From NCBI GenBank assembly GCA_951406725.2, contig OX597829.1:15686001-15750000 (forward strand): DNA of 64,000 bases, written 5' to 3'. The position numbers and the translations under genes were made by a program. The notes under the pieces are model-generated. The model was not told the DNA's origin, made no database searches, and saw only the letters and a list, made by a program, of their open reading frames with translations. Positions 41,950-55,652 of the stretch are shown one piece after another. This DNA is from Octopus vulgaris (taxonomy: Eukaryota). Each line of letters opens with the position of its first letter. Positions within the stretch are counted from its first letter, which is position 1.

Positions 41950-42440
41950 TGAATAAAATCTGTACAGTACATTTTATAAGATTACAAGAACAGTATCTAC
42001 ATTCTATGGTGTGGTAATGTTGCAGAGTGTTTCAATCTTTTGGGTCAATTTCAAAAAAGGTTTAGAGCTTTACCAATTTATGAGCTCGAACTGTGATTTT
42101 GCAAAAATCCCTTTGATGTAATGCTAGATGAATCACCTGATTCCTTGCAAATCATTTGCAATCTGATAAATACATTTACAATCAGATAAAACTTTGATGT
42201 CCAAATTTAATAGTTTATCTATTGGAGAATTCTAGATATTATATGTAGATATCGAAATATATCCACTTTTGAGGAATCACGTATTGAAAATTGCATCACG
42301 GTCTTTTTCACCATTTACCAAAGTGAACAGATTTCTCAACATTTAATCTAGCCAGGAACTTCTCATTACGATACAAGATAAGATGATTCATTAAATGTGA
42401 AATATACAGTGGCATCTTTGATATTTCGGTATCTGAAACA
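41950..42440 (+). mobile_element. hAT (Charlie/SPIN-like) transposase C-terminal relic
   Basis: RFRAL...CKNPFDV..DESPDSLQ, YPLLRNHVLKIAS and SEQIS; frameshifted. Confidence 0.65.
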
Positions 42441-43619
42441 TCATAACTCCGTGGTTAATTGATGCATTAGAAGATTTTTATTAATGTTGTTTAGAATGAT
42501 CACCTGCATACCTATAAATTTGTAAAATTAAAACTGTTAAATTTTTCCTGGTTTTACTCAACACCCCGATTAGTTATGTTTTTTTGTGTTTCTTGTTTTT
42601 TTTTTGTTTTTTTTTTTGCCTTTTTACAACTTCGTCTTAAGTTAGTCTGTTTTCTGTCAGTCTTTTTTCAAAAACAATCGATGAATACTTTTTTTTTTTA
42701 ATATTTTATGGCTTCAAAGAATTTTGATACTACCAATTTATTAAGTGCTAAAGAGAATTCTCAGAATTATTTCATGGATGTTTTAAATCGTGCTTTTTCG
42801 TTACATTTTCAAGATAGAGCTACAGAAACACTGATCATATACACTAATAAATACGGATGCTAATAAACACGTGCACTCTCCGTAATATTGTTTTCTACAC
42901 GTCTAAAATATTTTTATGCTAGATGTGTATTATTCTGTTATGTTTTTATTAAAAGTTATGTGTTCTGCTTAAACTTAACAATTCTCATGTGTGAGTTCCC
43001 ATGAGCTAATAAAGTATTTCTAGAAAAGAAACTAGAAGAAAAGGCAGTGTCTGAGGAAAAAGTATTGGTTGGTTTGTATCGGTAAAAATAAAAGTAGTCA
43101 ATTAAACTTGTAAAATATGAAGAGGTGAGCTCAGATATTTTTTATCTAAAACACAATATGGCGTTTGTGTGGCAAAGGTTAACAATATCGGAAGTAACAA
43201 TTTCTCGACATAGTAAAAACCTATGGTCAATTATGTATTGCTTGTTATTTCACTGTCATACTCCGTTTCAATAGCAGTCTTCGAACTTTTTCTTTTCGTT
43301 TTTTGTTTTTCAGAATCAAGAATAATAAATAATACAATAATGTGCCAGTCATTTCATCAATAGAGAATCGTGCTTTCTCATTACTGTTTTCAAATGAGTT
43401 GTTGATCGTCAAGCATATATTTAGTTTCGTGACTAAATGTTACTCCGATATACTTGGTTGACTATTTTATTTAGTTTTTGAGAGAACTGAACTGTCTATT
43501 GAAAAGCGTTTATTTTTATGAACTTAAAAAATATAAAAGGGTTTAATCATCTTATGACAATAGAATTCATTTGAAACCATAATTAACGTTCGTGCTTAAA
43601 TTATGACGGAATATACATT

Positions 43620-44140
43620 AAATATACATTACTAAAATTTAAATAATTGCTTAATGTTGTATTCTTAACGGTAGATTTTAAAATATTTCATAACGTAAAA
43701 TATTCTTTCTCTAAACATCTTTTGCTGGTTTGCAATAACACCATGAATACATCTCTAGAGATGATGCAATCAACTGTCTCATTGTACTGGTTGCACATTT
43801 TGCATTTGGTGTTAGGGGCCTCTTTTCATTATTTCATTTTTATAGTTGTTAGTGGTCAGGTATTGGTCTTACGCAGCGAGAATCAGTCCTTCCGTTTCTG
43901 CTTCTAGTCCAGAGCTTCTAAGCCATAGTTAAATTTCACTTAGGCTCACTCCTTCTCTGCCAACTCTCGAAGGGTATTGGCCAGGGGGTGATTTTTCTTT
44001 CCATCTCTTATTTAGTATGCTTTGTAGTTCTGTTCTCATGTTTTTTCTTTATCTCTCTAGTCATTTCTGTTGTGTTGTTAAGTGAGATCAGTGTTTCAGT
44101 GTAGGTTATCTCTGTTTTGTATTTTGCCTCCCTGTGTATA
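43620..44140 (-). mobile_element. R4/Dong-like RLE non-LTR fragment
   Basis: WLRSSGLEAETEGLILAA*DQYLTTNNY and KCKMCNQYNETVDCII; close to the (TAA)n at 44195-44540. Confidence 0.8.
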
Positions 44141-44194
44141 GAGAAAAGTGTATCTTTTTATTACATATAGTGGTCTTCAACTTTTTGTTGCTGT

Positions 44195-44257
44195 CATTAT
44201 TATTATTATTGATTATTTTTCTTATTGTTGCTATTATTATTATTATTACTATTATTA

Positions 44258-44288
<31 letters not shown>

Positions 44289-44357
44289 TATTATCATTAT
44301 TATTATTATTATTATTATCATTATTATTATTATTATTATGATTATTATTATTATTAC

Positions 44358-44399
<42 letters not shown>

Positions 44400-44400
44400 G

Positions 44401-44489
<89 letters not shown>

Positions 44490-44490
44490 G

Positions 44491-44528
<38 letters not shown>

Positions 44529-44540
44529 GATTATTATTAT
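44195..44540. repeat. (TTA)n microsatellite
   Basis: Direct. Confidence 0.97.
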
Positions 44541-44639
44541 TTGCGTTTGGATGGGAAGGATATCTTTGAGGATTTCGTGAGTTATTTTTGAATTTAATTT
44601 TCAGAAACGTTATCTTATACTGTTATTGTACCATTTTGT

Positions 44640-46330
44640 TCATAAACCAACCAGTACCCGATGAGATTGATTGGCTTTGTTAAATTTCCGCCCCTTCGAG
44701 ACGAAATTTGTGTTATTTTGTAAAATTTACCCATTTAAGAAAAATAACAAAAGAATATAACGTCGAATTTTTTCGGCAGGGAAATGAAACCAGAGATTGG
44801 AAGAGTTGTTTTCACGTTGACTTCTCACCTTTACAACAAAGCACCATCATCTCCACTACCATTGCCGACAGCAGAAAACAACAACAACAACCAACAGCTA
44901 AAAGGCATACAGAAAGAACAACGAGGAAAGTGAAAGATATAGAAATAAAAACGTAGAACAGAAAAATAAAATATCCAGTTGCACTTTTAACACACCTCTA
45001 CGTTACATCTTCGCCTACAACAACATTAACGCCAAAACAAAAGATATAAAACACGACAAATTGTAAACCAAATGCTAATGGATTCGCCGACGCGGCTCTG
45101 CTAAGATGCTAAGAGGAGAAGAAATTATTTTATCTTTGGAAGAATTTAAATATGCAAAACACCTTCTCGCGAGGTCTGCACGAAATGTTGCGCTCAACAT
45201 CTTCGAATCCATTTAGCGACAAACCACCCTCAGAGTAGTGGTATATAAAATCTTAGCAACAAAAAGTAGTAAAAAGTGCTGGTGACTCCACAACAGACTG
45301 AAAAGTAACTCAGAAAAATCTGGGACACTGAAACATAGATCACCAGAGAAAAAAGTTTGGTACATGGTCTTCATGTTTGGAACTGGTCCTCATCCTAATG
45401 TACTGCAATAAATATATATCTACTGGTGGTGACAGCTGTCTTTTTGACATTGAGAACAAAATCAATATTTTGCTGGTCTAGAGGTTTCAAAAGCACAATT
45501 GTTCAGCCAAGAGATGGGGCTATTGATCTAAACAGATTACTATAGTATGGAAACCATCCCGAACTTGATTAAACTGCTTGAGGATATAAAATTAGATGCG
45601 GCCGTTGAGGTGTGACTTGTAGGATGTAAACCTTGTGACTACAGCAAAGAATTAGAGTCGAATGACCATCACTTCTGCCAATATGATCCCCACAACAGCA
45701 ACAACAACCGCAAAAACAACGGCAGCACTAAGAACGGCGTTTGGCCCTAACAGCAACAGTAGTATCCACAACAGTGAGAGTAAAACCAACAATAGCGAAA
45801 ACAGCAACAAATGCAACAACAGTAACTGCTGCAACAACAACAAAACCAACAATAGTGGAAGCCGCAGTAACAAAAGCAACAGAAAATATACCGCCATCAA
45901 GGGTTACAGTATTACAAAACTCCAGCAGCAGCAACAACAGCAGCAGAATCTCTTCCTCCAAAAATTAAAAAAAATAACAAACCAATACCTCAGATCTCTT
46001 TAATACATGTCTCTCCTCAACTCGCACCATGCAGACATGTCGAAGGTAATGGGAAGGACACTAATTGGCAAACAATAACAAATGGAGGAAAAGAAAAATA
46101 ATTAAAAAAAGACGATCAAAACTACGTCAGCAAAAGAATTACCAACACCACCGCACAACAGTAGCTACACCGGTACTATCAATATCATTATCCACTTCGC
46201 CACCACTATCACTATCACGGACACCATTATCACAAACACAAACACAATCACAGTCATACAGACACAAACACGCACAAACCAACAGTCAAAACACATTCTC
46301 AAACACGAACAAAAATTTTTAAAAAACTGT
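44640..46330 (+). mobile_element. Degenerate L1/Tx1-like 5' region and ORF1
   Basis: IPNLIKLLEDIKLDAAVE (~45556-45610) and a ..WW.TAV segment resemble the ORF1 at 52050-52330; (CAA)n-rich flanks. Confidence 0.45.
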
Positions 46331-46584
46331 ACGGCCATAAACACAAATAATAAAGAACTAATGGATCTAATAACTATATCTCATTAACGAATAGCATTCC
46401 ATTACACACATAAAAATCGTTCGAATTTCATCACAACGCATATACAGTATTTTAAAAAATAAATATCATGGAAGGATACATCAAGAGGAAATATAAACAA
46501 AAGACTACATAAAGTATTGCTTGTGAAAATATCCACAGCTAGCATGAGGGGTGAAACACCTGTTTTACCATAGGAATAAAATGT

Positions 46585-46832
46585 GTGTGTAGATATGAAT
46601 ATATATATACATATATATATATATACATATAAATATATACATATATACATATATACACATATATACATATATACATATATATACAAATATACATACATAT
46701 ATATATATACAAATATATATACACATATATATACATTTATACATACATATATATACATATACATACACATATATATATATACATATATACATATATATAC
46801 ATACATATATACATACATATGTATATATATAC

Positions 46833-46863
<31 letters not shown>

Positions 46864-46901
46864 GATATACATATATATATATATATACCTATACATACAT
46901 G

Positions 46902-46948
<47 letters not shown>

Positions 46949-46960
46949 TTATATGCATGT
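46585..46960. repeat. (TA/TACA)n low-complexity tract
   Basis: Direct. Confidence 0.93.
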
Positions 46961-47051
46961 GTGTAGACAGATCCAAGTTGGCCAGTAAGAACTCATTAGG
47001 ATTGAAAAGAATCAAGAGAAAACTATAGGAACGCTGAATTTTCCTAAATAA

Positions 47052-47282
47052 GGCGGCGAGCTGGCGGAAATGTTAGCACGCCGGGCGAAGTACTTGGCGG
47101 TATTTCATCTGCCGTTACGTTCTGAGTTCAAATTCCGCCAAGGTCGACTTTGCCTTTCATCCTTTCGGGATCGATAAATTAAGTACCAGTTACGCACTGG
47201 GGTCGATGTAATCGACTTAATCCGTTTGTCTGTCCTTGTTTGTCCCCTCTATGTTTAGCCCCTTGTCGACAATAAAGAAATA
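47052..47282 (+). mobile_element. Nin-like SINE, full length, long imperfect TSD
   Basis: Flanks aggaacgctgaattttcctaaata (47027-47050) and aggaacgctgaatgttcaaata (47283-47304). Confidence 0.92.
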
Positions 47283-48311
47283 AGGAACGCTGAATGTTCA
47301 AATAGATATCAATATTCAAACCATATATAATACTTGTATTTTAAGCATAATCTTCAACGAAATCTTTACCGGGGTTAAATGAACAGGTCATTGTGTAATT
47401 GGTGAGTAGAAACAAGGCGGATGGGGTGCCAAAGTCTAATCTCCATAATTTGCTTCTTTTAGATTTAATTTATTAAGTATAACTTTTTGAATGAATTCTA
47501 TTTATTGCAACTAAAACAAAATATGTTAATTTTTCGTTTTATTACTTTAACTTTTATTTTCATCTTGTTCGTGAATACTATTCTAATTTTAAAGTTTTGT
47601 TTAAAAAAAAAACGAAAAAGAAGTATTGATTTTTCTGAAAGTTGATTTTGACTTTTTCTTTTTTTTCCACTGCTAATGTTTTTAGCCTATGAAAATGGAT
47701 AATCGTAAAAGAAAGTGCCTGTATTAATCAATTTTATGAAATACGGTGTTATTTCATGCACTATTTACCAATAAATTCCTATGAGTTTAATTTGCGAAAA
47801 AATGCTTATGAATAAGAATGAAATCTTCGACAATATTTGAGCCTTTGGAAACAAAACATCCAGAATAATTTAATAAGTATTTAACTTACATTTACGATTA
47901 AAAAATTAAATTTGAAAAGCTTTCTACTCTTCGGAATCTACTTTATAGAGATAACAACAGCTGAGAAAGGACTTATTGCATCTTATAACATGTTTTGAAA
48001 AATCTCATTGCTAAATGTAGGAACTGTCGTAGTCTTGGAGAGATCCAAATACAATATTCTGAGAAAAAAATTCTTAACATATAAACTGCATACTGTAACT
48101 GATATTGTTATTTGCGCCATAACTAGTTTGTCGAAATAGCATTAGAGCTTCAAAGCAATTTTGCAAGTCTATTACGTCTTTAGATAAATCTAAAGAAATA
48201 GTGTTTACATTAAGCTGAAATGAATTTAGAACCCACTCAGGTATTTTTAGCTCTTCAACTTCTTTAAGTCTACTTTCCGTGTCTTTATTCAATGATAACT
48301 TCCATTTAGTA

Positions 48312-49293
48312 ATACTGGGTTGGCTAAAATAAAATGCAGGTTTTAAACCCAAAGTGATTGATTCTATCAATAATATTAATACGGTTTTTTTCCACTATCT
48401 TCTGCTATTTGTGGGTATGTCTGTTATTCCCTTCTCAAACCTGTGTTTACTGGCAAAAACTCTCTCAGGTGAACTTTTAATTCCTCTTCAGAGTTGAATA
48501 TTTGTTCATTCAATGGAGTTTGAAGAAACCGAAACAGGAGGGAAAGCATAAGGTCGAGCGAATGTGTGAGTGGTGGTAGAAAATGGCCTTAGACAAACCC
48601 CCAGTAACCTCTGCCGCACCAGCAAAGAAGTGTGGGATTTTGCATTGTCGCGATGACAGAAAATACACTGACGAGTAGTGAGGTGCCACTTGAGCCAAAA
48701 AGTTTCCCAATCGAAATCTGAAAAACCACACGTTCCTTGTCAACAGTCTCTCCATACCCAATACATATCTTTCTGCAAGATTCCTCCGCCTTCTTGTATT
48801 GTGGTCATTTTTAATTTTTAAAAAAGCATGAGGTGTCGATAATGTTCGTTTTTGTTCTCTATTTTCAGGGTGATCGAGGCGGCGAGCTGGTAGAAACGTT
48901 AGCGCGCCGGGCGAAATGCTTAGCGGTATTTCGTCTGTCGTTACGTTCTGAGTTCAAATTCCGCCGAGGTCGACTTTGCCTTTCATCCTCTCGGGGTCGA
49001 TAAATAAAGTACCAGTTTCGTACTGGGATCGATGTAATCGACTTAATCCCTTTGTCATTCCTTGTGTGTCCCCTCTATGTTTAGCCCCTTGTGGGTAGTA
49101 AAGAAATATATTTTCAGTGTAATCTCATGTACACAAAATACGACATGCCTGGTCGCAAGTTTGCGTCGAACTATGATGAAGCTTCAAGTACCTAACAAGA
49201 GCACATGCGCAAAGGAAAGGCTGAAGTTTGGAAGTTAGAGTGTGTGAAGATTAATGACGGAAAAAAACCAAATGGATTTTTTGGCCAAACCTA
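48312..49293 (-). mobile_element. Degenerate mariner transposon nested in hAT relic
   Basis: TIR-like ctgggttggctaaa (48315) and ttttggccaaacc (49279-49291). Minus-strand RDNAKSHTSLLVRQRLL resembles the HDNARPH motif. Confidence 0.7.
48878..49108 (+). mobile_element. Nin-like SINE, full length, 16-bp TSD
   Basis: Flanks tattttcagggtgatc and tattttcagtgtaatc. Confidence 0.92.
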
Positions 49294-50560
49294 TTGTTCA
49301 GTCTCAGCCAGAATCGATGAAATAGCAAACAAACTGTGTGATGATAAAAACAATTGGATTTTGTTTACAAATTAATGAAACACTCCATGATAATGAGACT
49401 GTTATGTTGGTTTATGTGTGCCTTATCAATACGCAGCAAGAGATCATTAAAGAGTTATTATTTGCTGAACAACTGGATACTGATACTTGAAGTTCAGCGA
49501 TTTGCAAAACTGTGTAGAAATTTTTCAATGATAAAGCAATTGCTCTTACAAACCTCATTGCATGTTCAACTGACGTGGTCTTTTCAATGATTGATCGCCG
49601 TCATGGATTTATAATCAATTGAAAAGGAACAATTTTCAGTAATTCTACTGTTCACTGTGTTATTCGCAGACAATCTCAAAATATCTTAGAAAATTGTGTA
49701 ATATTTTACACGGTGTATTCAACCAGTGAATATGAATAAAACTCACCCACTGCGCCAAATTTTGTCCATACACGAAGGGAACATGATTAAATGAATTTCA
49801 AATGGAAATTGTTTTCCATGTTTTTGTAAATTTTATGATGCAATTCTCGATTTTATTTTGCTTTTTATTTTGTTTTGTTTTTGTTTTATTTTGTTTTATT
49901 TTGTTTGTTTGTTTTTACGTTGTGCACGAAGATCTTACAGATGTTAAAGACAGAAAAATATATGTTTTTCGAAATTTGCTATATTTTAAATAAATGAAAT
50001 GACGTCAAAGTAATGAGACAAAATTTCTTATGTTAACGTAAACGGAATATTAATGACGTTTATTAACAAAAGATCAATCTACAAAAATATTATAGCAAGT
50101 TGGAACTTCCATCACTTTTTCACTCTCAAAGCATTTGCGGTAACATATGCTGATAATTTATGTTTAAAACAGATATCGAAGTATTCTGCTACTATCTTCA
50201 TCTTCTAAAACTCAAGAAACTCCAAGTTACAGATGTTGAGGAACTAAAAATACCCGAGCGGGCTGTAAATCCATTTCAGGTTGTTGTAAACAGTACTGCT
50301 GTGGATTTTTCTCAAGACGTAATACAAGGAAGCTCAGGTGCGATTCTGACATGATTAGAAAAAATTATGGTGTGCATAAAGAAGAAAAACAAATAAACCT
50401 GTCTTCACAAAGAAATAAAGATTCAACCGTTGCTTTTCATTCTTCGTACCTAATTGAGAAAGGGTTAAGCATTGTGGTACAACTGTATGGTAAAAAATGA
50501 AGGATGTAAAAAGAACTCGTACAAATATGTAAAAGAAGATACTTAAGATTCTGTCTGTCT

Positions 50561-50672
50561 GGATACAGGCATCCAGCAACAGGACCTCCGTAATGCTATG
50601 ATGGACCGTGAAGTCTGGCGCAACATGGTAAATTCCATTGTCTCGACCACGGTCGAACAATGATGATGATGT
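50561..50672 (+). mobile_element. Very short 3' end of an RTE-like LINE
   Basis: DTGIQQQDLRNAMMDREVWRNMV followed by a (TGA)n tail; possible tgtctgtc TSD. Confidence 0.7.
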
Positions 50673-50749
50673 CTGTCAAATATTGAACCTGATATATTCT
50701 TTTTAAATTAGAGAAATCTCATCAAACACAGTGTAGCGAGGTTTTATTT

Positions 50750-50764
50750 TATTATTATTATTAT

Positions 50765-50803
<39 letters not shown>

Positions 50804-50970
50804 CAGTAGTAGCAGTAGTAGTAGTAGCAGTAGTAGCAGCAGCAGTAGTAGCAGCAGTAGCAGCAGTAGTAGTAGTAGTAGTAGTAGCAGTAGTAGTAGT
50901 AGTAGTAGTAGTAGTTGTAGTAGTAGTATCATCATTATTATTATTGTTGTTATTGTAGTTGTTGTTAAAG
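50750..50970. repeat. (TAG/CAG/TTA)n trinucleotide tract
   Basis: Direct. Confidence 0.93.
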
Positions 50971-51169
50971 GTCTTATTTAAAACTTTGGTTTGCACCCGT
51001 TTGTTGCCGTTTTTTTTTTTTTTTTGTTTTTCGTTTAAACATTGTTCCACTGTGTTAATAGAAACACTAGGAACCTGACATTGGGTTCCCGTGTTTGTTT
51101 AGTCCCTATCGAAGCTATATCCGCTACCAAATAAATTCTGTTTGCGCTTTAACCCAATATAAATAAACA

Positions 51170-51401
51170 AGATAGCCAGGCGCATCTTGGAAGAGTTAAC
51201 GAAAAAGAACTGCCCCCTCTTGAAGAAAATTTTTGAATGCTGAAGGTTTCGTCTCCTCTTCCTTCCGTTCGTTACTGACAACATTACAAGAGAGTGGGGG
51301 GAGAAAAGGAAAGGTAGAAAAAATTCAAGGTAGTAGCAGCAGTGAAAACATTGGCAACAGTAGTGATAGGCATGATAGCGGCGGCGACAGCGGCGCCGAC
51401 G

Positions 51402-51487
<86 letters not shown>

Positions 51488-54190
51488 TGTTGTTGTTGTT
51501 GTTGTTGTTGTTTTTGTAGTTGTAGTAGTAGCAGCAGCAGCAGCAATAGCAACGCACTTCAAGACAATGGATTTTTGGCGGAGAAAATAATACTATAATT
51601 GAAGGCGATGACAGCGGTGTGGAGAGTGGCAACGGTGGAAGTGGCCGCCACCATCACTACCAACAGCAACAACAAAAACAGTAGCGCAAAAGCAAGAGGT
51701 TTGCTGATGTAGCAAACACAATGAGAGAATTTACAATCCCTCTCGAGTACAAAATTCGAGAACTTTCAAAAGCAAAAGACATGGTCAAAGTTGACGGGCG
51801 TAAGGCATCAGTGCTTGTACTTCCCGAAATAACAGAGGCAAAAGAAAAAAAGCAGTATATTTTGATTGCTTATCACGGAAAAGTAGATCCGAAATAGTGT
51901 CGAGAAGGCCCTCAGCGAAATTTTAAATGATGTGGCTCACATACAGAGAGCGAGGTAGTTTACCAGTATCGAGGTATTCTTTAAAAGTGAGGACCTCGCA
52001 GGAAGACACACAGTGTCACGCCGGTGGACTGAGGAGTGGGTCCTGTACCCCACTTACCTCTCGAAGAGAACGACGACAATTAGGGTAAACGATGTACCAC
52101 CAGATATTAACGTCTGGTGGATCGTTGCCTGTGTGATGCAGGATCCAGAGTCACTCCTGGAAGTAAAAAGGAATAGCAGGGAGAACTGGTGCGGGATCAA
52201 CCTGGAGATATTAATCCACGTAAAATCAGAGAATATCGTGAAGATCCAGGACCTGATCAAGCTGCGCAACTGAGTGGGACTGTCGTCGTGGAAGGCAGAA
52301 AGCCTAGATGTGATACCCGTGGGGCTACAAGCCACCTGAGAGTCTTCTGCTCCCCAAAATTGAGATATATGCGGCTATACATGGAGCCTACAGCGCACCC
52401 CCAACAACAGAGACCTTTTAATAGAATTGCAGCTTCACCCTCAACAACAGAGGCATGTGAACTCCATACAACGGGGAAAACCATCCAGGGTATCTGTCAA
52501 ACCAGACCTCCCTTATCTCCCCTCTCAAGTATACGTTCACAAAAGCATACTCACGCTATCACAGACACATCCGCACTCCCCGAGGCTGGCCATACAGACA
52601 CTTGCCACTATTCATCCCGTAGTGAAGACAAGGAAGAACACCACAAAAAAAAAACCAAAAGGGCAAAGAAAACAAAAAACAAAAGAACCTACATCAACAC
52701 CCGAAAACACACAAACCCCACCTATTGATAGAAGTAGTATAAGGGCGCTGAACAGAAGGATCGGTTAAACGGCTCGGGCTCTGGTTTGATCCAGACTTCC
52801 AGGTGGACAAGAAATGGGGGTAGGTGACGAGCAGGGCAGCCAATCTCCCCCAGAAATTGGCAGAGAGGAAGCTGTCCCTCAAAGGCCGGATGGAGGTGGC
52901 TAATGCGTACTTTGCTTCCATCAGCTACTACCACCTGACCGTCGTCCCTAGCTTCATTTCGTGCCTGATAAATTTGGAGCACGTGCTCTTCCACTTCGTA
53001 TGGAAGGGACGTAATCCGTTCGTGAGACGATCCATCTGCTGTCAACAGCCGCTGAGTGGAGGACTGGGCATGCCGTGACTAATGATGCGCAGACATACGC
53101 TGAGGCTGCGACATCTCCAGCGTTTCCTCAACGGTGAGTATGTGTGATCGCCGTTCGTGAAAAGGGATTTTCCTCAGTTCATATTATTGATGGAGCTACA
53201 GTACTGGGCCAAACGCAGACCTAAAAAGGATGTTTGGCACCTGGAGTGTCGGCAAGCGCTCACAGCCTTCAGCAAGTTAGGCAACGCGGCCGGTGGAAGT
53301 TCCACCATGGAGTTCTATAGATGATTAGTGGAGGGAGTGATGATGTACTCAGGAAAACTCTGGGCATCGAGAAGGATCAACTTACTGGTCTTTTCCGGAG
53401 GACTTTCGGTCCAGGGCTTATAGATAACTTCCAGAAATCCCTGGCCTGGCAGTACCACCGGAGACATCTGCCAGTTCGATACAAGCTCTACAGACACGGA
53501 AGTGCTGTTAGACGGACTTATCCGAGGTATGCGCAAGGCGATGGAACTGTCCTGCATGCACTCGTCCAGTGTCCGTGCATTACAGATCTGTGGAGCTTTG
53601 TCGGACAGTTGTTGTCACGTGTTTAGTCAGATCCGATTGTTAGCCGAGTCTATTGTGAGAATTGCTCTGTCGCCTTCTTTTGGCAGGGAGGAAAAGGCAG
53701 TTTACCTCTGTCTAGTGGCTATAGCAAAAGAGATAAAGTGGTGGACGAGGCTGAAAGGACTGAAGACAGACACTTTCCTCTTCGGCTGACCCCTCGTTGA
53801 CTTTTACAAGCTCCACTAGAAAAGGAAAGTGAGGTTAGAGAGGGTAGTATTGCACTCGCCCCATCCCGTAAGTTTCTTGAAAGGTGGGTGAATGTTGTGA
53901 AAATGGCTCGTGTGAATGGGTCTACTCTGAATATTTGTCTGTAAGCTGGAGCAGTTGAAGAGAAGAGGGGTACCAACCCGCGTGCCCTTGACAGTAGGGC
54001 TAGCCAGGATGTGTGAGGTACCATGGCAGGCCTTGGGTACAACTCTCCCATATTGGGGAATTTTGTTGTTTTAATTTTTTAAACTATATTTGTTTTTATT
54101 GTTTACACATTCTGTTTTAAACTCCACTCGACTCTTCTTTTCTATTGTCCCTAATTGTTTTGGGGTTCGGCCATTATGGCTAATAAAGAA
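51170..54190 (+). mobile_element. Internally deleted L1/Tx1-clade LINE (ORF1 + ORF2 C-terminus + 3' UTR)
   Basis: ORF1-like TIRVNDVPPDI and VVEGRKPRC....SH....C. ORF2 RKLSLKGRMEVAN, LFHFVWKG, PLSGGLGMP and TVLHALVQCP. AATAAA at 54182. No APE or RT core found. Confidence 0.8.
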
Positions 54191-54204
54191 AGGATTATTA
54201 TCAT

Positions 54205-54241
<37 letters not shown>

Positions 54242-54302
54242 GCTACTACCACTACTGCTGCTGCTGCTGCTGCTGCTGCTATTATTATCATCATTATTAT
54301 TA

Positions 54303-54520
54303 AAGGCGGCGAGCTAGTAGAATCTTTAGCACGGCGGTCGAAATCCTTAGCGGTATTTTTGTTTGTCGTTATATCCTGAGTTCAAATTCCGCCGAGATCG
54401 ACTTTGTCTGTCATCCTTTCAGAGTCGATAAATTAAGTACTAGTAAAACAGAGGGATCGATGTAATCGACTTAACCCTCCCCACAAATTTGAGGCCTTGT
54501 GCCACCAGTAGAAAAGATCA
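54303..54520 (+). mobile_element. Nin-like SINE, short-tail variant
   Basis: Family match. Confidence 0.85.
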
Positions 54521-54546
54521 TTATTATTATTATTATTATTATTATT

Positions 54547-55100
54547 GAGTGAGCGAGCAGAGCATGCCATCAAAGTGACACTGGGGTAAAATATACGAAG
54601 CCCAATATACCCATCATGACTACCCGTCTGATAAGGGCACACCAGGCACATGCATCACAACCATATGTGCGCGGCATTGTGATCTCATATCAAGATAAAC
54701 TGCACATGACCTTGCAGGTGGGGCCCAGTTAGAATTTTCTTCAGGTTGAGTAGCCCATCCCGCTCAAACGGTCCCTGAATAAGGGTTGTTTAAGGATGTT
54801 GAAAAACCCACCCATGTCTCCAGAGGTGAATTATTCAAACCCCAAAGAATCCCTCTCAACACATGGCTATGATGCTCCCCCACTACTTCTGCTCGTGATC
54901 AGAGATGCACATATCGTCAGCCACTAAGGGACATGCTCAACTGGTTAAGGTCAAACAACTGACAAGCAAATCTGTGGTATTGAGCAGAATATTTGCTGTA
55001 GCCCATCTTTTATACCAAGACAGAACAATGTACATGATAACACTTCCAATCAGTTAAGATCAGAAGCCATGAGAGCATCTGCCTGGTACTGCATCAGGGC
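54547..55100 (-). mobile_element. ~550-bp non-coding interspersed element in (TAA)n, copy 1
   Basis: Near-identical to 55138-55612, 57442-57995 and 58228-58770; flanked by (TTA)n. Strand inferred from the truncation pattern. Confidence 0.85.
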
Positions 55101-55137
<37 letters not shown>

Positions 55138-55612
55138 GAGTGAGAGAGCAGTGCATGCCATCAAAGTGACACTGGGGTAAAATATACGAAGCCCAATATA
55201 CCCATCATGACTACCCGTCTGATAAAGGTACACCAGGCACATGCATCACAACCATATGTGCGCGACATGGTGATCTCATATCAAGATAAACAGCACATGA
55301 CCTTGCAGGTGGGGCCCAGTTAGAATTTTCTTCAGGTTGAGTAGCCCATCCCGCTCAAAAGGTCCCTGAATAAGGGTTGTTTAAGGATGTTGAAAGAACC
55401 ACCCATGTTTCCAGAGGTGAATTATTCAAACCCCCAACAATACCTCTCAACACATGGCTATGATGCTCCCCCACTACTTCTGCTCGTGATCAGAGATGCA
55501 CATATCGTCAGCCACTAAGGGACATGCTCAACTGGTTAAGGTCAAACAACTGACAAGCAAATCTGTGGTATTGAGCAGAATATTTGCTGTAGCCCATCTT
55601 TTATACCAAGAC
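55138..55612 (-). mobile_element. ~550-bp element, copy 2 (truncated by ~80 bp)
   Basis: As copy 1; lacks the right end. Confidence 0.85.

Positions 55613-55649
<37 letters not shown>

Positions 55650-55652
<3 letters not shown>

Larger units (their letters stand above)
47690..50420 (+). mobile_element. Degenerate hAT (Charlie/Buster-like) transposase, interrupted
   Basis: BED-like LICEKML...MKSS....LETKHPE (47790-47865), ELLFAEQLDTDT, LIACSTD, TVHCVIRRQ (49450-49675) and ELKIPERAVNPF (50240). An inverted C-terminal piece lies at 48074-48310. Confidence 0.75.

Noticed and set aside
54890-54935. CTGACGA (minus strand) in the 550-bp element as a hammerhead, or an HDV-like fold
   Set aside because: No properly placed GAAA/stem II, and I could not build a convincing P1/P2/P3 pseudoknot by eye.
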